NCBI GenBank assembly: GCA_012513875.1
Contig: JAAZBI010000064.1
Span: forward strand, 1-42,845
From: Mollicutes bacterium
Lineage (GTDB): Bacteria > Bacillota_I > Bacilli_A > RF39 > UBA660
Length of the DNA stretch: 42,845 nt
Reading direction: 5' to 3'
Made by a program: the position numbers and the translations under genes. Shown here piece after piece: positions 32,475-41,886 of this stretch (position 1 is its first letter; each line of letters starts with the position of its first letter). The notes beneath the pieces were generated by a model. The model was not told where the DNA came from, ran no database searches, and saw only the letters and a program-made list of their open reading frames with translations.

Positions 32475-33257
32475 ATGAAAAATAGTAAAAAAAACATTAA
32501 TTTTATGTTAATTTCAGCAATTGCTTCTGTTATAGTGGTTTTATTACACATTGATTCCCAATATCCTAATGGGTTAGGTATACAAAGAGCTGCTTTTGAT
32601 TATGTATGGTTTAGTGTATATGTTTATACAAGCTCGACATTTTTAGTTGCAGCAACACTGATTTTAATATTATCGTGCAAAAAAATTCATGATTTATATC
32701 ATTCGGGTATGATTAAGAATATGATTCAACGTGAAACTTTTCTAAATATTAAGAAAAATTATTTATTTAAGACGTGGCAAAGTAGTTTTTTTCTATATCC
32801 TACATTTTTAATATTTACATATATTATTTGTTTCGTGGTTTTTCTTGATAAAGGAGTAGGAATTAATCTTACTACGACTGGCCCAATGTATAATTCGTTT
32901 TTAATTCTTCTTAGAGCTTGTATGACGACCATTTTATATTCAGTTATAGTTTTTAATATAACATTAATAGTTTCTAAAAGAATGAAGAATTTTGCGCTGA
33001 CTACAATTTTATCATTTATTATAATTTTGATATATGCAGCAATATCCCAACTTGTTTTTTATAAAACTTTTACAATATTTTTCTCAGAACAATTTGCTAA
33101 AGGATTTGATTTGATCAATGGTCTAATTTTTGGATTTGGTAGTACAACAGCAATTTTTATTCATGGTTTATTTTTGGTAATTATAACCACTTTAATATTA
33201 AATAAGATTTATAAAGAACCTAATGAGGTGGTTTTAAATTATGAAAATCAAAACTAA
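32475..33257 (+). CDS. polytopic membrane protein (about 6 TM), unknown function; ABC-2-permease-like only by size and topology
   Basis: 260 aa, RBS GGAGA 5 nt upstream, six long hydrophobic segments, no ATPase partner nearby. Confidence 0.75.
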   Translation: MKNSKKNINFMLISAIASVIVVLLHIDSQYPNGLGIQRAAFDYVWFSVYVYTSSTFLVAATLILILSCKKIHDLYHSGMIKNMIQRETFLNIKKNYLFKTWQSSFFLYPTFLIFTYIICFVVFLDKGVGINLTTTGPMYNSFLILLRACMTTILYSVIVFNITLIVSKRMKNFALTTILSFIIILIYAAISQLVFYKTFTIFFSEQFAKGFDLINGLIFGFGSTTAIFIHGLFLVIITTLILNKIYKEPNEVVLNYENQN

Positions 33258-33330
33258 TGAAAAAATGTCTATGTTAATTTTTTTTGGTATAATTGTCAGT
33301 ATTATTGGATTATCTATATTAAATCTTTAA
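33241..33330 (+). CDS. micro-ORF, 29-aa single-TM peptide (MKIKTNEKMSMLIFFGIIVSIIGLSILNL)
   Basis: Strong GAGGTG 10 nt upstream. Overlaps the 3' end of the 260-aa gene by 17 nt. Followed by a terminator. Confidence 0.45.
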   Translation: MKIKTNEKMSMLIFFGIIVSIIGLSILNL

Positions 33331-33334
33331 TTTT

Positions 33335-33363
33335 AAAAAAAGCAGTTATTTAACTGCTTTTTT
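33335..33363. terminator. bidirectional terminator between the module (+) and the FemAB-family gene (-)
   Basis: AAAAAAAGCAGTTA / TAACTGCTTTTTT. Overlaps the stop of the minus-strand gene. Confidence 0.7.
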
Positions 33364-34617
33364 AAATTCTAAGATATTTTTAATAAATTTAATTTGACGA
33401 TTTGTATGATAGATACTCTTATTTATAACCAAATCAAATTCTCCAATAAATTCTTCTATTTCTCCATCAAACCCCATTTTAAATTGGTGTAAACCATAAT
33501 AAGGATTATCGAAAGAAAAGTCTCCAGTAATAGCACCATGATTGATTTTTCTATATCCTTTTTTTGCATATTCATTCATTACTGCCCATTTTAATAAGTG
33601 GTTAGGGGCAAAATGTTTAAAATTATTATCATATCCGCCTTCAGAAAAAGTGATGGTTTCTTTAAATTTTATAACAGATGCTGCAGCAATTACCACTCCG
33701 TTAGGATAGGAAACATATAGTTTGTTAGAATTGATTAAATCGCTTTTATAAATATCTAATAATTTATCAGAATTCATTTTTTTATTGATTAATTCGTCTC
33801 TTTTTTTAGGCGTGTGACTTTCTTGGATCATATTATTTAATTTATTATTTCGTTTTGATTCTCTTTCAAATAATTCTTTGCTGGTTTTCATATAAATAGT
33901 CGGGTTTAATTTAGCAAAGAATAAATCATATATGTTATTTTTTGAGAATATTTCATATTGATCCATATAATAACTAAGTTTTTTAGCCATTTTTTTATCT
34001 AAAAAATTATAAAATAATTTTATATCATTTTGATTCCCCTTATAAATGGTTATACCCTTTTTATATGCTTTTCTAATTTTATTTTTTGTTTCTTTGCTTA
34101 AGAAAGCAAAAAGATTTTGTGGAGAATCTATTTTAGTAACAACATTCCATCGAGGTTTTATAGTTTCAAAAAAGGAATTAAACCCTTTGTGTTCGTAACC
34201 GATTTTTTTCATAAATTTTACTAATTTTTCATTATTTAATCCGCCAACTAATTCTTTTCCGTTTTTTGTTCTTTCTATATTGATAATTGGTGGATCTATT
34301 CTTAAATAAATTATTTTATTTTTTTCTAAATATTTTTTTAACAAATCAGTAAAAATATCTAATAATTCTAAATCAGTATAATCAATTAAAAAACCTCTTG
34401 GTGAATAAGCAGATTTGAAATGCCAAAATTTTTTTTGCGTTAGAATTAAAGTGGCAGCTATTAAGGTTTCTTCATTAGTAACTAAACCTAAATAAACCGT
34501 TGAAAAACCATTTTTTGCCATCAAATCACCATAAAAACTACTTTGATAAAAAGAAGCTAATTTATGATTGAATGAAAAATCATCAAATTGTTTTTTCGAT
34601 AATTCTATTATTTTCAT
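33346..34617 (-). CDS. FemAB/MurM-family aminoacyl-tRNA-dependent peptidoglycan peptidyltransferase
   Basis: KSAYSPRGF, YLRIDPP, coiled-coil insert (ESKRNNKLNNMIQE...), C-terminal YGLHQFKMGFDGEIEEFIGEFDLV typical of FemX/FemA. Start uncertain: 34617 preferred, with in-frame ATGs also at 34626 and 34635. Confidence 0.85.
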   Translation of the reverse strand: MKIIELSKKQFDDFSFNHKLASFYQSSFYGDLMAKNGFSTVYLGLVTNEETLIAATLILTQKKFWHFKSAYSPRGFLIDYTDLELLDIFTDLLKKYLEKNKIIYLRIDPPIINIERTKNGKELVGGLNNEKLVKFMKKIGYEHKGFNSFFETIKPRWNVVTKIDSPQNLFAFLSKETKNKIRKAYKKGITIYKGNQNDIKLFYNFLDKKMAKKLSYYMDQYEIFSKNNIYDLFFAKLNPTIYMKTSKELFERESKRNNKLNNMIQESHTPKKRDELINKKMNSDKLLDIYKSDLINSNKLYVSYPNGVVIAAASVIKFKETITFSEGGYDNNFKHFAPNHLLKWAVMNEYAKKGYRKINHGAITGDFSFDNPYYGLHQFKMGFDGEIEEFIGEFDLVINKSIYHTNRQIKFIKNILEFKKAVK

Positions 34618-34745
34618 ATTCACCATTCCTACCATTAGTATAGCAAATAAATCAACAAAATAAAAGAAGTTAAATAATGTCTAACTATAAAAATATCGTT
34701 TTAATTTAATTGAGATTATAGTATACTAAACAAGAGAGTGATAAT

Positions 34746-36089
34746 ATGGAAAAAGCATTTGTTTTTGGAATGGCTAGAAGCGGATACGCTGCAGCTAAAT
34801 TATTAATTGAAAAGGGCTATCAAGTTACGATCAATGATCGTAGTTTTGAACAAGATCTTGAACAAATAAAAGAATTAGAATCTTTAGGAGCAAAGGTAAT
34901 TTTAGGCGTTGAAGATAATGATTTGATAGATAACACTTATGAAATGATTGTTAAAAACCCAGGCATTCCCAATGATCATTCATATTTGGTAAAAGCTAAA
35001 GAATTAGGAATAACAATTATTAACGAAGTAGAATTAGCATATCATTATTTTCCAAAAGATTTAAAAATAATTGGTGTTACTGGAACTAACGGAAAGACAA
35101 CAACTTCAACTTTAATATACGAAATGTTAAAACAATCTAAAAAAAGAGCTTATCTGGCAGGAAATATCGGTATTCCTGTTTCTTCAATGGTTTCTTTATT
35201 TTTACCTAATGATATTTTTGTAATAGAAATTTCTGATCATCAATTATGCAATATGATAGATTTTAAAACAGATATTTCCGTTTTAACAAACATTTCTGAA
35301 GCTCATATTGATTTTCATGGTTCTTATGAAAAATATAAAGAGATGAAGAAAAGAATTTTTAATCATCATCAATCTTCTTCTTTAGCTATTTTAAATTTAG
35401 ATAACGAAGAAAGTCTTCTTTTAGCGGAAGGAATTCCTTCTCAAAAAAAATATTTTTCTTCAAATAGTTTAAATTTAAAAGGTTGTGACCTTTCTCAAGG
35501 TTTTATTAATTATAATGGGAAAAGAATCATTAAAATTGATGAAGTTAAACTTAAAGGAAAACATAATTTAGAAAATATTATGGCAGCTATTGTAGCAGTG
35601 AAAGAATTTGATGTTAGAGATGAAGATATTCAAGAAGTTTTAAAAAAATTTGGCGGAGTAGAACATCGTATTGAATTTGTCAAAACAATTAGTCAAGTAG
35701 ATTTTTATAACGATTCAAAATCAACCAATATTAAATCTACTCAAATAGCACTTTCTACATTTGATCAACCTACAATATTAATACTAGGTGGATTAGATAG
35801 AGGGCATAGTTTTGACGAATTGAAGACTTATTTAACTAATGTGAAAAATATAGTTTCTTATGGAGAAACTAAAGATAGAATTTGTTCTTTTTCTAAAGAA
35901 AATAATATTGAATGCTTTGCATATGAAACGATTGATAAGGCAGTAAAAAAAGCTTATGACTTATCTGAATCTAAAGATGTGATTTTATTAAGCCCAGCTT
36001 GTGCTTCTTGGGATCAATTTAAAGATTTTGAAGAAAGAGGAAATAAATATAAAGAAACAGTTAACTTATTGGAGGAAAAAAATGAATAG
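34746..36089 (+). CDS. murD: UDP-N-acetylmuramoylalanine--D-glutamate ligase
   Basis: [12 protein letters not shown]-loop, Mur ligase middle and C-terminal domains ([16 protein letters not shown]). Confidence 0.95.
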   Translation: MEKAFVFGMARSGYAAAKLLIEKGYQVTINDRSFEQDLEQIKELESLGAKVILGVEDNDLIDNTYEMIVKNPGIPNDHSYLVKAKELGITIINEVELAYHYFPKDLKIIGVTGTNGKTTTSTLIYEMLKQSKKRAYLAGNIGIPVSSMVSLFLPNDIFVIEISDHQLCNMIDFKTDISVLTNISEAHIDFHGSYEKYKEMKKRIFNHHQSSSLAILNLDNEESLLLAEGIPSQKKYFSSNSLNLKGCDLSQGFINYNGKRIIKIDEVKLKGKHNLENIMAAIVAVKEFDVRDEDIQEVLKKFGGVEHRIEFVKTISQVDFYNDSKSTNIKSTQIALSTFDQPTILILGGLDRGHSFDELKTYLTNVKNIVSYGETKDRICSFSKENNIECFAYETIDKAVKKAYDLSESKDVILLSPACASWDQFKDFEERGNKYKETVNLLEEKNE

Positions 36090-37314
36090 AATAATTGATA
36101 TCAAAGCTAGAGAAATATTAGATTCAAGAGGAAATCCGACGATTGAAGTCGATGTTATTTGTGAGAATAATATTTTAGGAAGATCAAGTGTTCCTAGTGG
36201 AGCTTCAACAGGAATAAATGAAGCGGTAGAATTAAGAGATCAAGATATGAATCGTTATTTAGGGAAAGGTGTTTTAACTGCTGTAGATAATGTAAATAGT
36301 ATTATTAGACCTGCTTTAATTGGAAAAGATGTTACTTCTCAAGTTGAAATAGATAGATTACTAAACGAATTAGATGGTACTAAAAACAAAGCTAAATTAG
36401 GAGCAAATGCTATTTTAGGTGTTTCTTTATCTTGCTTGAAAGCAGCAGCTTTGTTAAATAATAAAAACCTCTATGAATATATTGGTCAAGGAACTGAAAT
36501 GCCTAGACCAATGATGAACATCATTAATGGTGGAGCTCATGCTGATAATAATCTTGATATTCAAGAATTTATGATTGTTCCTAAAAGAGAAACTTTTAAA
36601 GAAAGTTTAAGAGTTGGAGCAGAAGTTTTTCATACTTTGAAAAAACTTCTAAAATCAAAAGGATATAATATTGCAGTAGGAGATGAAGGAGGATTCGCTC
36701 CTAATTTAAACAGTAATATTGAAGCTTTCGAATTAATTGTTTCTGCTATAGAGAAAGCCGGATATAAACCAGGAGAAGATGTTTCAATAGCTATTGATGT
36801 AGCAGCTTCTCAATTTTATAAAGATGGTAAATATTATTTAAAGGGAGAAAATAAAATTTTAAGTCAAAAAGAGATGATTGATTTTTATAAAGAATTAGTT
36901 TTGAAATTTCCAATTATTACAATTGAAGACCCTTTTGAAGAAGAAGATTTTGAAGGATTTAAATTACTAACACAAGAGATTGGAAATAAGATTCAAATCG
37001 TGGGTGATGATTTATTTGTTACTAACAAGGAGTTGTTAGCGAAAGGAATTGAAATGGGAGCTTGTAATTCTATTTTAATTAAAGTAAATCAAATTGGAAC
37101 AGTTACAGAAACTTTAGAGACAATTGAATTAGCAAAAACCAACAATTATAAAACAATTATTTCTCATCGTAGTGGAGAGACAGAAGATACTTATATAGCT
37201 GATTTTGCTGTTGGTTTAAATTTGGGTCAAATCAAAACTGGTTCTTTATCTAGAACTGATCGTATTTGTAAATATAATCAATTATTAAGAATTGAAGAAC
37301 AATTAAAAAAGTAG
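36082..37314 (+). CDS. eno: enolase (phosphopyruvate hydratase)
   Basis: [24 protein letters not shown]. True start is the ATG at 36082 behind GGAGGA, overlapping murD by 8 nt; the track start at 36001 is a read-through. Confidence 0.96.
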   Translation: MNRIIDIKAREILDSRGNPTIEVDVICENNILGRSSVPSGASTGINEAVELRDQDMNRYLGKGVLTAVDNVNSIIRPALIGKDVTSQVEIDRLLNELDGTKNKAKLGANAILGVSLSCLKAAALLNNKNLYEYIGQGTEMPRPMMNIINGGAHADNNLDIQEFMIVPKRETFKESLRVGAEVFHTLKKLLKSKGYNIAVGDEGGFAPNLNSNIEAFELIVSAIEKAGYKPGEDVSIAIDVAASQFYKDGKYYLKGENKILSQKEMIDFYKELVLKFPIITIEDPFEEEDFEGFKLLTQEIGNKIQIVGDDLFVTNKELLAKGIEMGACNSILIKVNQIGTVTETLETIELAKTNNYKTIISHRSGETEDTYIADFAVGLNLGQIKTGSLSRTDRICKYNQLLRIEEQLKK

Positions 37315-37331
37315 AATAACTACTTTTTTTT
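37305..37331 (+). terminator. intrinsic terminator after eno
   Basis: AAAAAAGTAG-aataa-CTACTTTTTT. Confidence 0.75.
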
Positions 37332-37377
37332 GTTTATAAAAAACGTGGAACATGGTATAATTTAAAAAGGTGATATA

Positions 37378-37812
37378 ATGAAAACAATAGTTATTGATGA
37401 TAATAAAAAGAAAGATTTTAGTAAAATAAAAAAAGCATTAAATCTAGTTATTTATATATTTTTATATGCTTTAATTTTAATCTTTGTTTCTTTATTGTTT
37501 AAAAAAACATTTATTTTAGACCATAGTTATTTTGGTTTATGGGCTTTGTTGGCAAGCGTTATTATTTATATTTTGAATAAAACAATCAAACCCGTTTTAT
37601 TTTTCTTAACTTTACCTATTACGGGAATAACTTTAGGATTGTTCTATCCTTTTATTAATGTTTTTATTATTAAAATAGCTGCTTTCTTATTGGGTGACCA
37701 TTTTGTTACTCACGGTTTTTTTATTCTCTTTTTTGCAGCCATCTTAATTTCTATTATGAATTTTTTAATGGAAAACATTATTATAAAACCAATGTTTAGA
37801 AAGGAAGATTAA
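37378..37812 (+). CDS. phage-holin-4-like (YvlD-type) small membrane protein
   Basis: 144 aa, 4 TM. Pattern K.IKPVLFFLTLPITGITLGLF..I resembles the holin family IV / YvlD group. Preceded by extended -10 TGGTATAAT (37353-37361). Confidence 0.6.
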   Translation: MKTIVIDDNKKKDFSKIKKALNLVIYIFLYALILIFVSLLFKKTFILDHSYFGLWALLASVIIYILNKTIKPVLFFLTLPITGITLGLFYPFINVFIIKIAAFLLGDHFVTHGFFILFFAAILISIMNFLMENIIIKPMFRKED

Positions 37813-37813
37813 T

Positions 37814-38632
37814 ATGAATCGTTATTTATTAGAATTTAGTTTCATTAAAATTAGCTGGTATTCTGTTTTTATAGTTTTAGGTGTTTTAATCGGAAGTTAT
37901 ATTTTAACGAGAGAAGCTAAAAAATTTAAAATACAAAAAGAATTCATATCTAATATGATTTTTTGGGCTTTAATTATAGGAATAATTGGTGCAAGAGCTT
38001 ATTATGTTGTGTTTAATTGGAGTTATTATTCTCAAAATATTATTGATATATTTAAAGTTTGGGAAGGTGGTTTAGCTATTCATGGTGGTATAATCGCTGG
38101 AGCAATTTTTGTTTTGTTTTATTCAAGAAAATACCAAGTTAACACTTGGAAATTATTCGATATGATTGCGCCAGCTGTATTGATTGGTCAAGCTATTGGC
38201 CGTTGGGGTAATTTTTTTAATCAAGAAGCTCACGGTTTAGAAGTTAGTAGAAGTTTTTTAGAAAGTTTATATATTCCAAACTTTATTATTGAAGGAGTTA
38301 AAATTCAAGGAGTATATTATCATCCAACATTTTTATATGAATCTGTTTTGTGTTTTACTTTATTTATTTTATTGCTAATTATCAGAAAAATTTATAAATA
38401 TTTAAAAAATGGTCAATTAATAGGTTTATATTTGATGTTTTATTCTTTAGGCAGATTTTTTATCGAATCGTTAAGAACAGACAGTTTAATGTTTAATGAT
38501 TTAAAAACAGCTCAAATTGTATCGATTATATTATTTGTTTTAGGATTGATTATTGTTTCAGTAAGATCTTTAGGGTCTCGTTTTGATAATAGATATAGAG
38601 AGGTTGATCGTGAACATGAAGTTAGATTTTGA
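37814..38632 (+). CDS. lgt: prolipoprotein diacylglyceryl transferase
   Basis: GGLAIHGG, GRWGNFFNQEAHG and SLRTD motifs. Confidence 0.95.
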   Translation: MNRYLLEFSFIKISWYSVFIVLGVLIGSYILTREAKKFKIQKEFISNMIFWALIIGIIGARAYYVVFNWSYYSQNIIDIFKVWEGGLAIHGGIIAGAIFVLFYSRKYQVNTWKLFDMIAPAVLIGQAIGRWGNFFNQEAHGLEVSRSFLESLYIPNFIIEGVKIQGVYYHPTFLYESVLCFTLFILLLIIRKIYKYLKNGQLIGLYLMFYSLGRFFIESLRTDSLMFNDLKTAQIVSIILFVLGLIIVSVRSLGSRFDNRYREVDREHEVRF

Positions 38633-39518
38633 TGTACTTGTAATTGGTTCTGGACCAGCAGGAATGACAGCAGCAATCTATTTAAAACAAGCTGATAGGA
38701 ATGTTGCTATTATTGATGGAAATGCTCCAGGAGGACAATTAAATCGAATTAATTCGATTGAAAATTATAGTGGTTTTTCTAAAATTAGTGGACCTGAATT
38801 AGCTTTTAATATGTTTAATCAGCTTCAAGACAATAAAGTTGATTACAAATATGGAAAAGTTCAAGAAATAAAAAAAGAAAGCGATTATTTTATTGTTTCA
38901 ACTGAAAAAGAAATTTTTTCTGTTAAAGCAGTCATAATTGCAACGGGAAGAAATCCAAAAGAACTAGGATTGGAAAACGAAAAACAATTATTAGGTAGAG
39001 GCATTAGCTTCTGTGCTATTTGTGACGGTTCTTTGTATAGAAACAAAAAAATAGCTTTAGTAGGCAATAGCAAAGAAACTTTAGAAGAAGCTTTATATTT
39101 AACGAATCTTGTTTCAGAGTTATTAATTGTTATTAAAGAAGAAGAATTAATTGAATGTGATTTAAAAGATAAAATTATAAATAACTCTAAAATAAAAGTT
39201 ATCAATAATTCTATAATAACTAAATTAAATTCTGAAGATAAAAAATTAAGTTCAATTATCATTAAAAATATAAAAACGAATCAATCAGAAGAAATAGAAT
39301 TATCCGCTTTATTTGAGTATAATGGCTATCAACCTAATACAGAATTTATAGATTGTTTAAAAAACAACGGATATATTGTTGTGAATCAACAAATGAGAAC
39401 TAATATAAAGGGTATTTTTGCTTGTGGAGATGTAATTGATAAAGAAGTTTATCAAGTGTCTACAGCAGTAGCAGAGGGAGCTATAGCAGGTCTTCAAGCT
39501 TCTAAATATATTGATTAA
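38616..39518 (+). CDS. thioredoxin-reductase-like flavoprotein lacking NADPH-binding motifs
   Basis: FAD motifs VIGSGPAG and GIFACGD. Redox CAICDG is present. The positions of GGGDSA and HRRxxxR read GNSKET and IKEEELIE. Start at ATG 38616 or GTG 38610, overlapping the lgt end. Confidence 0.8.
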   Translation: MKLDFDVLVIGSGPAGMTAAIYLKQADRNVAIIDGNAPGGQLNRINSIENYSGFSKISGPELAFNMFNQLQDNKVDYKYGKVQEIKKESDYFIVSTEKEIFSVKAVIIATGRNPKELGLENEKQLLGRGISFCAICDGSLYRNKKIALVGNSKETLEEALYLTNLVSELLIVIKEEELIECDLKDKIINNSKIKVINNSIITKLNSEDKKLSSIIIKNIKTNQSEEIELSALFEYNGYQPNTEFIDCLKNNGYIVVNQQMRTNIKGIFACGDVIDKEVYQVSTAVAEGAIAGLQASKYID

Positions 39519-39520
39519 AT

Positions 39521-40081
39521 ATGGATAAAGATTTTGTTGTTGTCGCAAATAAATATAAATTTTCTGATAAAAACAAAGAAGAATTATATTCATATATTAA
39601 AGAAATTATTGAATCTACTATATTTTTAAAAATGGGAGAAATCATTCACCATTTAGAATCGAGAAAAATGCATGTTTTAGAAGTTTGTTGTTATTCTTAT
39701 TTAAAATCTCTGAAAAATAAAAAGTGTAATAGAAGGTCTTTGGCAATAGGCTCTTTATTACATGATTTTTTCTTTTATGATTGGCAAAAAAAAGGTGATT
39801 TTAATTTTGAAGATACTGATATTAAAAAAAACAAAGTATTACCAAATAATCATGGATTTTCTCATCACAAAATAGCATATGGTAATGCGGTGAAATACTT
39901 TCCACATCTAATGGATGAAATTGTTAAAGACATAATATTAAAACATATGTGGCCACTTACAGTTTATACTCCAAAATATAGGGAATCTTGGATCGTATGT
40001 TCTGCTGATAAGATGTGCTCTATAAAAGATGTGAAAAGGAATGAAATAAAAAAATATTTAGGTTTATCAAGAAAAAAATGA
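39521..40081 (+). CDS. HD-domain phosphohydrolase
   Basis: H...HD signature (HHLESRKMHVLEV ... GSLLHDFFFYDW ... SADKM). Confidence 0.7.
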   Translation: MDKDFVVVANKYKFSDKNKEELYSYIKEIIESTIFLKMGEIIHHLESRKMHVLEVCCYSYLKSLKNKKCNRRSLAIGSLLHDFFFYDWQKKGDFNFEDTDIKKNKVLPNNHGFSHHKIAYGNAVKYFPHLMDEIVKDIILKHMWPLTVYTPKYRESWIVCSADKMCSIKDVKRNEIKKYLGLSRKK

Positions 40082-40090
40082 GGTGATAGC

Positions 40091-41029
40091 ATGTCTTTTA
40101 CTACTCAGATAAAGGAAGAAATAATAAAAAATGAATTTAATAATTTAGAAATAATTTCTCTTTTATCTGCTTTTTTTCGTCAAAATGCTTATATTGATGA
40201 AAAACAAATAAGAGTTCATACTGAGAACATTGATGTTTGTCGTTTTTTATTTTCAAAAATAGAAGAATTATATAAATTTAGACCACGTATTGTTTTAAGA
40301 AAAAACTTTAATTTTCGAAAAAATTATTTATACATATTAGAAATAGAAAAAAATAAAGATGAAATTTTGAAAGATTTAGCATTAATTAATCAAGACGGAT
40401 ATTTTACTAATCTTCCCAAGGAATTTATTTATGCTGATGATGAATTAAAAAACTCATATTTAAAAGGGACTTTTTTAGCAAGTGGAAGTATTAATGATCC
40501 AAAAAAATCTAGGTATCATTTAGAATTCTTGTTAGATGATGAAGAATACGCAATTTTTGTTGATGATTTATTAAACAATTTTTCTTTAAACAGTCGAATT
40601 ATTAATCGTGTTAAAGGATATATGGTTTATATTAAAGAAGCAGAAAAGATTAGTGACTTTTTAAAAATTATTAAAGCTTTCCAAGCGGTTTTATATTTTG
40701 AAGATGTTCGTATTTATCGAGATCAAAAAAATAAAACTAATCGACTAAATAATTGTGAACAAGCTAATGTGGAAAAGATAATAAATTCTTCCAATCAACA
40801 AATAGAAGACATTAATTTGATTGCTGAAAAAATGGGATTAGATTTATTAGAAGAAAAGCTTCAAGAAGTAGCAATGTATCGTTTAAAATATCAGGAATCT
40901 TCTTTGTTAGAATTGAGTGAAATTATCAGTTTTGAATCATCAAAAAAGATAAGCAAATCTTGCTTGAATCATAGATTAAGAAAAATCAAAGAAATAGCCA
41001 ATCGATTAAAAATAACTAAAAGTTCTTAA
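40091..41029 (+). CDS. whiA: DNA-binding protein WhiA
   Basis: 312 aa. N-terminus FT.QIKEEI...E..SLLSAFFR, degenerate LAGLIDADG-like middle (YLKGTFLASGSINDP), C-terminal HTH (SKSCLNHRLRKI). Confidence 0.9.
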   Translation: MSFTTQIKEEIIKNEFNNLEIISLLSAFFRQNAYIDEKQIRVHTENIDVCRFLFSKIEELYKFRPRIVLRKNFNFRKNYLYILEIEKNKDEILKDLALINQDGYFTNLPKEFIYADDELKNSYLKGTFLASGSINDPKKSRYHLEFLLDDEEYAIFVDDLLNNFSLNSRIINRVKGYMVYIKEAEKISDFLKIIKAFQAVLYFEDVRIYRDQKNKTNRLNNCEQANVEKIINSSNQQIEDINLIAEKMGLDLLEEKLQEVAMYRLKYQESSLLELSEIISFESSKKISKSCLNHRLRKIKEIANRLKITKSS

Positions 41030-41091
41030 AGTTGTTTAAAAGATTGTGTTATTTTGATAAAATAATAATATGTAACTTATAGAACGAGAGT

Positions 41092-41886
41092 GTGATTAAA
41101 TTGGGAAAAATTATTTCGATAGTTAATCAAAAAGGTGGAGTTGGTAAAACAACAACAAGTATTAATTTATCTTCATCTTTAGGTTTATTAGATAAAAAAG
41201 TATTGTTAATTGATTTAGATCCTCAAGGTAATTCTTCAACTGGAGTGGGTGTCGATAAAAGCGACATCAATTCTAGTATATATGATGTTTTAGTTAATAC
41301 TAAAACAACATCTGAAGTAATTATTTCTACAGGTTTTAAAAATCTTTTTTTAGCGCCAGCTACTATTAATTTAGCAGGAGTTGATATTGAATTAATTGAG
41401 AAAAGCAAAACAATCGAAGGTTTTTCAAAGACTCATCAATTAAAAAAAAGTTTAGAAAGCATTAAAAATGAATATGATTATATAATTATTGATTGTCCAC
41501 CTTCATTAGGAATTTTAACTACTAATGCTTTAACGGCTTCTGATTCGGTTATTATTCCAGTTCAATGTGAATTTTATGCTTTGGAGGGAATTACACAATT
41601 ACTTAGTACTATTATGCTAGTTCAAAAAAATCTTAATAAAGAGTTAGATATCGAAGGAGTTTTATTAACGATGTTTGATTCCAGAACTAATTTAGGATTA
41701 GAAGTAATTGAAGATATTCGTACTTATTTTAAAGAAAGAGTTTATGATACAATTATTCCTCGTTTAATTAGATTGTCTGAGGCTCCATCTCATGGCAAAC
41801 CAATTGCCGAATATGATTCTACTAGTAAAGGACATTATGCTTATTTAAATTTAGCAAAGGAAGTGATTATTAGAAATGGAAAATAA
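41092..41886 (+). CDS. soj: chromosome partitioning ATPase ParA/Soj
   Basis: Deviant Walker A NQKGGVGKTTT, DCPPSLG. GTG start at 41092 or TTG at 41101. Confidence 0.93.
   Translation: MIKLGKIISIVNQKGGVGKTTTSINLSSSLGLLDKKVLLIDLDPQGNSSTGVGVDKSDINSSIYDVLVNTKTTSEVIISTGFKNLFLAPATINLAGVDIELIEKSKTIEGFSKTHQLKKSLESIKNEYDYIIIDCPPSLGILTTNALTASDSVIIPVQCEFYALEGITQLLSTIMLVQKNLNKELDIEGVLLTMFDSRTNLGLEVIEDIRTYFKERVYDTIIPRLIRLSEAPSHGKPIAEYDSTSKGHYAYLNLAKEVIIRNGK

Noticed and set aside
31958-33345. Search for an integrase, recombinase, or direct repeat of the ssrA 3' end (att site) that would define a genomic island.
   Set aside because: None found by eye. No copy of TTCCCCTCAGCTCCACCA lies downstream and no recombinase-like ORF is present. 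The island interpretation therefore remains only positional.
37337-37361. CGTGGAACAT (right arm of parS) overlapping the extended -10 TGGTATAAT of the holin-like/lgt operon promoter.
   Set aside because: The 16-mer matches parS at only 11/16 positions, and the left arm is an A-run. One arm alone is unlikely to load ParB, so this is probably chance. Worth a glance only if ParB ChIP shows a peak.
4322-38615. N-terminal extensions suggested by the ORF track for tadA (4322), holB (7394), metG (10877), rplK (18100), secG (28261), smpB (30692), eno (36001) and the trxB-like gene (38583).
   Set aside because: In each case an internal start with a proper Shine-Dalgarno sequence reproduces the conserved family N-terminus. 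The extension overlaps an upstream gene, an RNA or the RBS itself.
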